The notes beneath the pieces are model-generated. The model searched no databases. It saw only the letters and a program-made list of their open reading frames with translations, and was not told the DNA's origin. Positions 10,051 through 18,833 of a DNA stretch of 64,000 nucleotides are shown here, piece by piece (within the stretch, counting starts at the first letter, position 1; every line of letters begins with the position of its first letter). Source of the stretch: Candidatus Heimdallarchaeota archaeon (GTDB lineage: Archaea > Asgardarchaeota > Heimdallarchaeia > JABLTI01); NCBI GenBank assembly GCA_019058275.1, contig JAHLVW010000015.1, positions 1 through 64,000 on the forward strand, given 5' to 3'. Made by a program: the position numbers and the translations under genes.

Positions 10051-11934
10051 ATGCTACCTGTTTTAAAGTCATTAGAATTCTCAAAAATCCTTCCATTGAG
10101 TGAAAAATCAATTGAAAGAATTAAATTTCGCGAAGGCATAAACAAATTCCTAGCTGAAAATGGTTCAGGAAAAACTACTCTTACAGATCTCATTGAGCAT
10201 TCACTTGTTAGAGATGCTCATGCTTTTGCTTGGAATGTTTTTTCCAAAAAGAGAGCAGATAAAACAGCATATATTAAAGCTGAATGGGTCTTTGGTAAAG
10301 AAGATAATTCTATAACACATGAGCTAACTGATGCAGGTGCTCGTACTAGGGTAACTTCATCTAAATTTTCAAATAAAGCTCACACACGTGATATGTATTC
10401 AGACTTTTTGTATTCAAGAACAAATTTGACACTTGAGCAAATTCAAAAATTATTCCAAGGTGTTTATTATAAAAGAGAAAATGACTTGAATTTATTAAGT
10501 ACTCCAGGTGAAGAAAATCTAATGGATTTCTTCGAACTTCTAAATAGAGCTATTAGAATGGAAACACCCGCTACAATAAAATTAAGGAATCAAATTGGAG
10601 AAATTAAAAGACAAATCGATTTAAGGAAAAACAATAAAAGAAAGATTGAAGTTCAGATTGAAAAGATGGAGATTATTTTCGCTAGTGCAGATACTTCTGC
10701 TGATGCGTTAGATAGTATAGGTGCTAGGAAGGGAGAACTAGAAAGAAACAATTTCAAATTAAGAGATGAAATCGAGATATCAAGATCAATTTTACTTAAA
10801 CTAGAAGAAGAAGATCAAAAGATTCTGGATGAACTAGATAAAGATCAAGAAGGTCTCCTTGAAGTGAGATTAAAGCAGGATGAGATCAAAACAAAAAGAT
10901 ACACTCTAAAATCTAACTTAGATAGTCTCAAGAGAGAGCTTGATGGTTATAATAAATTAGGAAAGATAAACTATTTTGATATTAAGAATGATTGGGAGAA
11001 AAAGCAAAACTGTGAACTATGTGGTACTGGAGTGTCTGATCATTGGAATGAAAGAATTGCAGATGGATGTCCTGTCTGTGGTACTAATTGGAAGGCAATT
11101 CCAAAAAGCATAAAAGAGTCGATTTCTAAAGATCAAGTTAAACCTGAAAATGATGCAAGAGATATACAAAAGGAAATTGATAATATTTCACATAAATTAC
11201 GAGCATTAAATGAAGATCTAGAAAAATATGAAAAAGAGGAAAAGAAAATCACAGAAAATCTGAAAGGTTTGAGAGATAAACTAGCTACTAACAATTCCAG
11301 AAGAAGAGAAATGCAAGCACAAAATGAAGAATTCAATCAAAAAATTCAGCGTATTGGTGTGGAAATAGGCAGCTTAACTGCTCAAGAGAAAATGGTTAAT
11401 CAGGATGAAAGTATTGGATTGCTAAAAGTAAACCTAGAAAAAATAAATTCTGAATTGGAAAACTATAAAGCTCAGTTGGAAAGACTTGAAAGAGAATTAC
11501 CTGAACAAAAGGAACTACAAAAAATTCTAAACAACTTTACAAGATCTACCAAAGAAATTTTCGGATATAGTATGTTAGCAGATACAGATACTAGAGTTAT
11601 AACTATTACAAAAGATGACTCTAATAGAGATTTTGCCGCTATGTCTTGGTCTGAGAAATACTTTATTGATGTTGTTTTCCGATTAGCAATTTTCAACTTT
11701 TTAATAGAAAACGGAATTATGAATAAAGGTCTGCTGATACTTGACTCCCCAGAAGCTGCTTTAGATCCTCTCCGTTTGGAATTGCTTGCAAACTTAATTA
11801 ACAGTCATAAAGGTAAAATTAACTTCATCATTGCTACAAGAGTTGCCAAGTTTTTTGATCAATTAGAAGGCAATCCATTAGAAATCAAAAAACAAACACA
11901 AACAAGCTTATTTGATTTCATAAGTGTAAGTTAA
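10051..11934 (+). CDS. SMC/Rad50-like coiled-coil ATPase with central Cys pairs and C-terminal PIP-box
   Basis: Walker A AENGSGKTT; long coiled coils flanking CELCG..CPVCG; signature-like MSWSEK; Walker B-like LILDSPEAALD; terminal QTSLFDFI; ATG 10051 follows GGTGGGG. Confidence 0.8.
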   Translation: MLPVLKSLEFSKILPLSEKSIERIKFREGINKFLAENGSGKTTLTDLIEHSLVRDAHAFAWNVFSKKRADKTAYIKAEWVFGKEDNSITHELTDAGARTRVTSSKFSNKAHTRDMYSDFLYSRTNLTLEQIQKLFQGVYYKRENDLNLLSTPGEENLMDFFELLNRAIRMETPATIKLRNQIGEIKRQIDLRKNNKRKIEVQIEKMEIIFASADTSADALDSIGARKGELERNNFKLRDEIEISRSILLKLEEEDQKILDELDKDQEGLLEVRLKQDEIKTKRYTLKSNLDSLKRELDGYNKLGKINYFDIKNDWEKKQNCELCGTGVSDHWNERIADGCPVCGTNWKAIPKSIKESISKDQVKPENDARDIQKEIDNISHKLRALNEDLEKYEKEEKKITENLKGLRDKLATNNSRRREMQAQNEEFNQKIQRIGVEIGSLTAQEKMVNQDESIGLLKVNLEKINSELENYKAQLERLERELPEQKELQKILNNFTRSTKEIFGYSMLADTDTRVITITKDDSNRDFAAMSWSEKYFIDVVFRLAIFNFLIENGIMNKGLLILDSPEAALDPLRLELLANLINSHKGKINFIIATRVAKFFDQLEGNPLEIKKQTQTSLFDFISVS

Positions 11935-11966
11935 TTCTAGGTGTCAATCAAATGGATGTATGTTAA

Positions 11967-13316
11967 ATGGTCAATTGGTTAATTGAAGAAAAGAAGATTT
12001 ATCGGCAAAAGCATAAGAAATCATTAGAGCTTTGGAAAAAGGCTCAAAAGCAGTTCCCTGCAGGAGTTTCTCATAATATTAGAGATTTTCATATGACACC
12101 ATTTGAACTAAGCCCACCTTTTATTGCTTCTGCAAAAGGATCTAAACTCTTTGATGTAGATGGTAATACCTATATTGATTATTGGATTACTCACGGAGCA
12201 GCCATACTAGGACATGCTCATGAAGCAATACTGAAAGCAATTGCAGAACAATTACCAAAGGGCAATCATTTTGGTATGGTAAATGAACAGTCTTTAGTTT
12301 TAGCACAGAAGATTATTGATGCAACACCAGGTATTGAAAAACTCAGGTTTTGTACAACTGGAACAGAGGCTACCATGTATGCTTCTAGATTAGCGAGAGC
12401 CTTTACAAAGAAGAAAAAGATCGTTAAGGTTCGAGGTGGTTGGCATGGTGGCAATGATACTCTATTCTACTATGTTAAAGAAGTAGAGAAAGGCATGGAA
12501 TCAAAAGGATTGAAATCACAACAAGAAGCAGGAATTCTAAGTTTTGATTATAATGATATTGAAGGGTTTAAACAGTTACTCGAAGAAAATAAAAATGAGA
12601 TAGCAGCAGTTATAATGGAACCTGTTTTGGGGGCAGGAGGCGCCATACCACCTAAGGAAGGATTTTTGGAGACTATAAGAGAAGAAACAACAAAAAATGA
12701 CATTCTTCTAATATATGATGAAATTATAACAGGATTTCGATTGGATTATCATTCTGCTCAAGGTCTTTTTGATGTTATCCCTGATTTAACAACAATGGGT
12801 AAGATTGTTGGAGGTGGAACACCAATTGGAATAATTGGTGGTCGCGATGATATACTTGAACAAGCTAATTTGCAGAAGGATGGAGAAGTTTGGATTGGTG
12901 GTGGTACCTTCTCTGCTAATCCTGTTAGTATGGTTGCTGGAAAAGCTACACTTGATACTCTTGAGAAGAACAAAGATGAATTTTACAAATGCTTGAACGA
13001 TAATGGATTAAAGATTAGAGAACGAATTGATGAAATTTTGAACAAACATGATGCTACTGCTTTCGTTACTGGAGTAGGTTCAATGATTTGTATACATTGG
13101 TTCAAGGAGAGAATATCTGAGCTCAAAACTAGTTCAGAAGTAAAACTAAATCTAGATTCTGAAAAGGTAAACAGATTCCAATTATTGATGTTAAATCGTA
13201 GTATCTTAACTCGAAGTGGTTTTGGTTATTTATGTACAGAACACTCCAAGGAAGATATAGAAATAGCTATGATGAAGTTAGAAGAAACTGTAAAAATCAT
13301 TACCCAAAACAGTTAA
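11967..13316 (+). CDS. hemL: class III PLP aminotransferase, glutamate-1-semialdehyde 2,1-aminomutase-like
   Basis: DVDGNTYIDY, GTEATM, YDEIITGFR, TMGKIVGGG (PLP Lys) and GGTFSANP. Confidence 0.75.
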   Translation: MVNWLIEEKKIYRQKHKKSLELWKKAQKQFPAGVSHNIRDFHMTPFELSPPFIASAKGSKLFDVDGNTYIDYWITHGAAILGHAHEAILKAIAEQLPKGNHFGMVNEQSLVLAQKIIDATPGIEKLRFCTTGTEATMYASRLARAFTKKKKIVKVRGGWHGGNDTLFYYVKEVEKGMESKGLKSQQEAGILSFDYNDIEGFKQLLEENKNEIAAVIMEPVLGAGGAIPPKEGFLETIREETTKNDILLIYDEIITGFRLDYHSAQGLFDVIPDLTTMGKIVGGGTPIGIIGGRDDILEQANLQKDGEVWIGGGTFSANPVSMVAGKATLDTLEKNKDEFYKCLNDNGLKIRERIDEILNKHDATAFVTGVGSMICIHWFKERISELKTSSEVKLNLDSEKVNRFQLLMLNRSILTRSGFGYLCTEHSKEDIEIAMMKLEETVKIITQNS

Positions 13317-13407
13317 AATGTCGTTATAATGCCAATACTTTAAAAACAAATATTTAGTCAAAATTAACAGAATATAGGATTATGTGTTGTAAGAGAAGTG
13401 TGTTACA

Positions 13408-13998
13408 ATGAGCGCTGACGAAGAAATAAAAACCAACAATCTTTTGAGAGGAATAAAATCTATTCTAAAACGAAGGGAATTTGTAGTAGTAAAAGAAGAT
13501 CGCTTTGAAGATTACATCGATTTAATTTGTGAGAGCGAAGAAGATAAAACTATTGAAATGTTTGCAAGAATATCCTTAGAAGATAAAGTAGGTGTTGCAG
13601 TACTTCGAGAATATTTCAAAAAACTAGAAGAAAGAGAAGAAGAAAAAGTAAAAGAAAATGTCAAGGGGTTACTTGTAGCATCTAATCGATTTACCCATTA
13701 CGCAAGAAGAGAAGCTAAGGAAAAGAACATTTGGATTATTACCAGCAAAGATCCTCGATTTGACATATTTACACACAATCTCGTACCAGAACATATTATT
13801 TGTCCTGAAGAAGAACTTAAGGAATTGCTTGAGAAATATAGTATTAAGAGAAGGCATTTACCTAAGATACTTATAAGCGATCCAGCAGTCAAAGCTATAG
13901 GTGCAAAACCCGGGCAAGTTGTGAAGATATTTCGAGATAGTGAAATCGCTGGAAAATCAACCGCTTATAGATTAGTTGTAAGAAAAGCTACAAATTAG
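13408..13998 (+). CDS. rpoH: RNA polymerase subunit Rpo5/H with eukaryote-like N-terminal (RPB5 jaw-like) domain
   Basis: C-terminal HNLVPEH..LPKI..SDP..GAKPGQVVKI.R.SEIAG...YRLV; extra ~115-aa N-terminal alpha/beta domain. Confidence 0.93.
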   Translation: MSADEEIKTNNLLRGIKSILKRREFVVVKEDRFEDYIDLICESEEDKTIEMFARISLEDKVGVAVLREYFKKLEEREEEKVKENVKGLLVASNRFTHYARREAKEKNIWIITSKDPRFDIFTHNLVPEHIICPEEELKELLEKYSIKRRHLPKILISDPAVKAIGAKPGQVVKIFRDSEIAGKSTAYRLVVRKATN

Positions 13999-14089
13999 GT
14001 TTTTAAGTTTCATTTACAACTCTTTTAACAATTCATCAATTAATAAAAAAACATTTAAAGACAAGCATTTCGAAGTAGAAACTTGATAG

Positions 14090-14121
14090 TATTACATTAA
14101 CTTTAGAAAATTAATGTAATA
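14090..14121. repeat. perfect 11-bp inverted repeat upstream of ferredoxin
   Basis: tattacattaa-N10-ttaatgtaata. Confidence 0.6.
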
Positions 14122-14151
14122 TATCCATGAAGTAATAAAGAGGATTAAGAT

Positions 14152-14331
14152 ATGCCAACAAAAATCGATTTAGCTAAATGTTCAAAATGCGGAACTTGTA
14201 TCGAGGTTTGTCCTGAAGAAGTTTATGACGAAGCTGATGATGGCGCTCCCATCAATGCTAGACCAGATGACTGCACTGATTGTGGTATTTGTGTCGAAGA
14301 ATGCCCAGAAGAATGCATTGAATTAGTGTAA
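14152..14331 (+). CDS. 2x[4Fe-4S] ferredoxin (59 aa; absent from ORF track)
   Basis: Manual translation MPTKIDLAKCSKCGTCIEVCPEEV...CTDCGICVEECPEECIELV; two CxxCxxCxxxCP motifs; GAGGA SD upstream. Confidence 0.93.
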   Translation: MPTKIDLAKCSKCGTCIEVCPEEVYDEADDGAPINARPDDCTDCGICVEECPEECIELV

Positions 14332-14334
14332 AAA

Positions 14335-14395
14335 TTTTTTTTACAAATTCTTCATTTTCTTATTTTTAAATCCTTTTTATTTTTTTTTTTTCTTG
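14335..14395 (+). terminator. oligo-T terminator region after ferredoxin
   Basis: Several T runs, including a >10-nt T tract, between convergent genes. Confidence 0.45.
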
Positions 14396-14456
14396 TTTAA
14401 TTTAAACTTTAATGAAAATAAGAGAAGAGGAGCTCATTATGAATTATAATTTTAAT

Positions 14457-15958
14457 TTATCTTTTTCTTGTGAATAAAATTAGTGCACCTATTGCTATTA
14501 CTGCTCCTCCTATTGCAACAAAGAACCACCATTGAGTATAAAATGGATTATCACCACCGCCATTTGGTGGACTTGTTTCTGTAAGATTGACTGTAATATT
14601 GTAAGTAAATGGTACTTGTAGATAATCTGGAAATATACTGATTTTTACTGTAAAGGTATAATTTATGGATCAGGACCAATCATTACCATTTCAGTAGTAT
14701 TCCAAGTAGCAACAAGCTTTCCTTGACTATCGGTATATCCAGAGAAAGTATCATTTCCGGATTGTGAAAATATGCCTGATTGTGCAGAAATCTCTACAAG
14801 TGCATCTTGGTAAGCAACTGAATCGAGTGTTACAGTTACGGTTATATTCACAGTATCGCCTAATGTTATTGTAGTTTGATCACTTGTTATACTAACATCA
14901 AGAACGCTAACAGGATTTGATACTTTAAAGTCTAAAACTGTAATGTTTGTTAGTAAACCAATTTTCCTTGCAGTTAGAGTTATGGAGTAGTTTCTTCCTG
15001 TAAAGATACTTGGAATCAAGGTATCAGTTTCCCAATGGGCTGTTATTTTGCCTTGAGCATCAGTGACATCTTCAAAGGTATCTAAACCTGATTCAGTAAA
15101 ATTCCCATCATCACAATAAAACTCAATCAATACATCTTGTTCAGCTAAAGTAGATGAACTATTAATAGCTGTAACTTCAATGGTAGCGACATCACCTACA
15201 GTTAAATCATATCCTGGCGTTACAACAATCTCAAGAGTAATTTGGCCTTCTACTGGATTTACTGTAACATTTACTTCTACAACTTCAATTTCAGTTGAAC
15301 CAGCATATGTTATTGTGCCGATTATTGTGTAGTTTGTTGGATCATCCAATGATAGTGCTGTCCAATAATCGGAGTATTCACCATTACTATCACTTATACC
15401 ATCAGCATGTTTATCAAAATCTCCATCAAGACATATGAGATTAATTGTTGTACCTTCAACCGATCCCCCTAGTCCTGCAGCAGTTACAGTAAGGTAGGTC
15501 TTTTCAGTTTCGTTAATCTCTTCAGGTAAAGCATCAATAGTTGATGAAGAGAGATTTAAAGCATAAACCAGAACAGATGTGGCTAAAGTAATATTATCAT
15601 CAACAGTCTTTATTACAGTTGTAAAGTTATAGGTTGTATCATCATCAACAACCGGTGATCTCCATTGAGCTACAACTTCTCCTATAGAATCACTAGTTAC
15701 ATTGTGAATATTTGTACCATCTGCAAATTCTCCAGCTTTTACATGAATCCCAACACTTGCACCTTCGACTAAACCACCCGTTCCTTGAACTGTAATAGTT
15801 ATTGTAGAATTTTGTGTCGAATGGATTGGACTGGGATTTACTGCTATTGTAGATGTACTTACATCCTCAGCATTTACAGTAATGTAAAATGGAAAAATTG
15901 CAAATGCAATTAAAAGTGTTATCAGTATAATGACATTGCTTCCGTTTCTTCGTATCAG
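14457..15958 (-). pseudogene. cell-surface protein with signal peptide, ~4 Ig-like (Big) repeats and C-terminal TM anchor; CTG start; frameshift near 14665
   Basis: Frame of ORF 14663..15349 stays open 203 codons upstream to CTG at 15958 (MIRRNGSNVIILITLLIAFAIFPFYITVNA). Repeats read G.F....TD..G....W. Past the TAA at 14663 another frame continues INYTFTVKIS...WWFFVAIGGAVIAIGALILFTRKR*. Confidence 0.75.
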
Positions 15959-16173
15959 ATAGATTCTTCCTTCAAAATACTAAACTTCTTAACTAATTTT
16001 TGTGAAATAATTAATACAATCTACTATTTGTATAGTTTATATAGAATAACACTTACGTTTGCGGTAAATAATAGTAAAAGCGATAGTTGCTATCAAACAA
16101 TCTGCACAAACCAAAAGTTTTTGATATTATCAAATAATATAAATCGTTAGTTAAAGAAAAGTGGTTTGAACTA

Positions 16174-17082
16174 ATGGATGCTCAGGTTTCTTATAATAGC
16201 GAAAACAAAGTTAAAATTTCAAAAGAAGCATTAGATAATTTACTTGAACCAATACCAAATGAAATCTTAGTTGAGAAAGTAGCTCAAATCAAAGGTTGGA
16301 AAAGCAAAAAACCACCAATAGCTGCAAAGCAATCCAAGAGAGAGTATCTGCATCAGCATTTTGGACGAAATCTTACTTTGGGGGTTGTTAGAGAGCTAAG
16401 AACTTTAAGAGAGCATTCATCTATCTCTAAATTTAATTGGCAAGTGTTCTTCTGGGACAGAAGCATTGCACGTTACTTTCCGGATAAAATAAAGAAGAAA
16501 TTTGAAAATGTTATTCTTGAAGTAGACTCAATGGTTAATATTGATTTATTAGCAGTAGATGAACCCTCACAAACTATTTTTATGCTCCTTGAGCAATGGC
16601 AAAAAGAAATTGTTGCTGATACTTTTCTTTCGAAAATTGAAACAAAAATACCAAAATATTTTCGAATCTATTTGTCAATTAAGAAGAAGATGCTCTTGAT
16701 ACAAGAAAGAAATGTTAAAGCAACAGAGGAATTTATCAAACTTTTTGAAACAGCATTTAATGTTAAGGTTGAAGAACTAAGAGTAAATGCTATGATAATT
16801 CGTGAGTTTGTTAAAACTTATCCTGAAAACCTTACAAGATTAGTAGTTAAAGTTCCACAAGAAGTATCTGGTTTTAGTGGGTTATCTGAGTTGACTGTTT
16901 TGGGTGAAGATGTTATTAAGGGATCTAAGGGATTAATGGATAGACATGAAACATCACCAATAATGGTAGGTCCATGGGTAGGTGTGTCAAATTCTGATTT
17001 TGATCTTAATGTTGGAAAATCAATTAGAGTGAGATCAATTAAAAAAATGCTAAGCTTTTTTGATCTTATGGAAAGTCTTTAG
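16174..17082 (+). CDS. hypothetical protein, possible CENP-N/Chl4-like (TBP-like/RdgC-related fold)
   Basis: Clean 302-aa ORF; family call is by-eye similarity only (see findings). Confidence 0.55.
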   Translation: MDAQVSYNSENKVKISKEALDNLLEPIPNEILVEKVAQIKGWKSKKPPIAAKQSKREYLHQHFGRNLTLGVVRELRTLREHSSISKFNWQVFFWDRSIARYFPDKIKKKFENVILEVDSMVNIDLLAVDEPSQTIFMLLEQWQKEIVADTFLSKIETKIPKYFRIYLSIKKKMLLIQERNVKATEEFIKLFETAFNVKVEELRVNAMIIREFVKTYPENLTRLVVKVPQEVSGFSGLSELTVLGEDVIKGSKGLMDRHETSPIMVGPWVGVSNSDFDLNVGKSIRVRSIKKMLSFFDLMESL

Positions 17083-17250
17083 CAGGTTTTTGCTAAAATC
17101 GAATTATTTTTTACTGTTTTAAAGAGGTATATGCCACAAAAGTAGTATTATTATTTGATAATTTTATATTAATTATAATAGATAATAATAAATTGTATTA
17201 GTTTGAAGAATATTAACAAGAAACTTGTGAGATAAAAGGTGGCATAAAAC

Positions 17251-17997
17251 TTGAGTGATAACTTAGATGATCTATTGGGTGACATTTATTCATCAAAAAG
17301 TCAGAGTCAAGGGGTAAAAGAATTAGCTTTTTTGATAAACAATCTTTCCCAGCTTCTTCTAAAAGGAATTGCTCAATTAGAAGCTAGAGTCTTAAAATTA
17401 GAACAGCAAACTGGACGTGGTGGACCAGCACCAAGAGCTACAAGTCCAGTAGCATCCCCTACACCAAAAGCTGCATCCCCATTTAGTGCACCAGCTACAC
17501 CAGCCAGAACCCCACCACCCCCACCAAAACCAGCTGCCACTGCTTCTACGGGAACAGGACCAGGATCAGCTACAGAAGCAGCTTCAATGTTAGGTGTGAA
17601 ATTAAAGAAAGCACCTACAAGTACAGCTGCTACACCAGCAGCTCCAAGCCCTTCATCCAGTGATGGACCATCCTTCTTGACAGGTATTGTAAATCCAGAA
17701 GCAAGAACTGGTACAACTCCAGGAGGAGTAAGTACTGCAGGAGGACCAGATGCAGTAGCACCTGCTAGTGCGGGAGGAATAGCTGGCCCAGCAGGTGGTT
17801 TTAGAGGTGAATTAGCAGAAAAATTGGCTAGAAGACGTCAAATGGTGCAAAAACAATTAGATGATGATTTTGATGCTTCAGATTTAGCTGCTACACCTGG
17901 TGAAGAAGCAGAAGTTGTTGAAGAATCAACTAGTAGCGAATTAAAATTAAATCTTGAAGATGAACTTAGAAGTGCATTCTCAAAAATCAAAGGTTAA
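17251..17997 (+). CDS. Pro-rich low-complexity protein with coiled coil, WH2/GAB-like KLKK and LARRR motifs (Ena/VASP- or WASP-like)
   Basis: TTG start after GGTGG; TPPPPPKP, AASMLGVKLKKA and GGFRGELAEKLARRR; acidic stretch; C-terminal amphipathic helix. Confidence 0.65.
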   Translation: MSDNLDDLLGDIYSSKSQSQGVKELAFLINNLSQLLLKGIAQLEARVLKLEQQTGRGGPAPRATSPVASPTPKAASPFSAPATPARTPPPPPKPAATASTGTGPGSATEAASMLGVKLKKAPTSTAATPAAPSPSSSDGPSFLTGIVNPEARTGTTPGGVSTAGGPDAVAPASAGGIAGPAGGFRGELAEKLARRRQMVQKQLDDDFDASDLAATPGEEAEVVEESTSSELKLNLEDELRSAFSKIKG

Positions 17998-18006
17998 TTG
18001 CTACTA

Positions 18007-18705
18007 ATGAAAAAAAAAGCAGTATGTTTAATTAGCGATGGGTTGGATTCACCTGTCGCAACTTTTCTTATTGAGCAGAAAGGCATAGAGGTAATTGGGA
18101 TCAATTTTGATAATAGACCCATGGTTAAATATGCTAAAATAAAAAGAGACCAAAATCAACTACAAGAAAATATTGCTATTGGTCAAATTCAAAATATTGC
18201 ACAAGCGTTAGTTAATTCATTTATGGAACAAACAAAGTTTAAACTTTTTATTGTACCCAATGGTGAAGATTTAGAGAAGATAACAACACATTCTTATGAC
18301 CCAAAAATCACATGTGTTCTTTGTAAGAGATTAATGGTTAAAAAAGCAGAAATTATAGCAAATGAAGTAAATGCTGAATACATTGCCACAGGTGAAATTT
18401 TAGGAGAACAAGCAAGTCAAACTATTGATAATCTAAAAATCATAGAGGATGCGGTAAACAGTAAAAGACTAATTAGACCTAATATTGGTTTGAACAAAGA
18501 AGAGGTAATTACTATCGCAAGGGAGATCGGAACTTATCAATTTGCTGAATTAGCAGCAAAATATACTTGTTCTGCTGTTCCTAACAAACCAGTAACCAAG
18601 ACTAATTTAGATAGAGTCTTAGCAGCTGAAGAGAAACTAGGATTACAAGATGCAATTAACTCTTGTTTTACTAATGCAAAACAGTTAGATTTTCAAAAGT
18701 CATGA
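18007..18705 (+). CDS. ThiI-like PP-loop ATP pyrophosphatase/sulfurtransferase lacking THUMP domain
   Basis: LISDGLDSPVA PP-loop, CVLCKR, TGEILGEQASQTIDNL, KEEVI..AREIGT and CSAVP. Confidence 0.8.
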   Translation: MKKKAVCLISDGLDSPVATFLIEQKGIEVIGINFDNRPMVKYAKIKRDQNQLQENIAIGQIQNIAQALVNSFMEQTKFKLFIVPNGEDLEKITTHSYDPKITCVLCKRLMVKKAEIIANEVNAEYIATGEILGEQASQTIDNLKIIEDAVNSKRLIRPNIGLNKEEVITIAREIGTYQFAELAAKYTCSAVPNKPVTKTNLDRVLAAEEKLGLQDAINSCFTNAKQLDFQKS

Positions 18706-18833
18706 TTTCTTCATCTTATTCATTATAATAACTGATACGTTTTAATATCTTTAACAAAAAAATATTTTAAGGTTTCCCAGGTTCGTTACTACAGCCTTTC
18801 CTATGATAATAGATTCAAGTTTATTTTAGGAGA

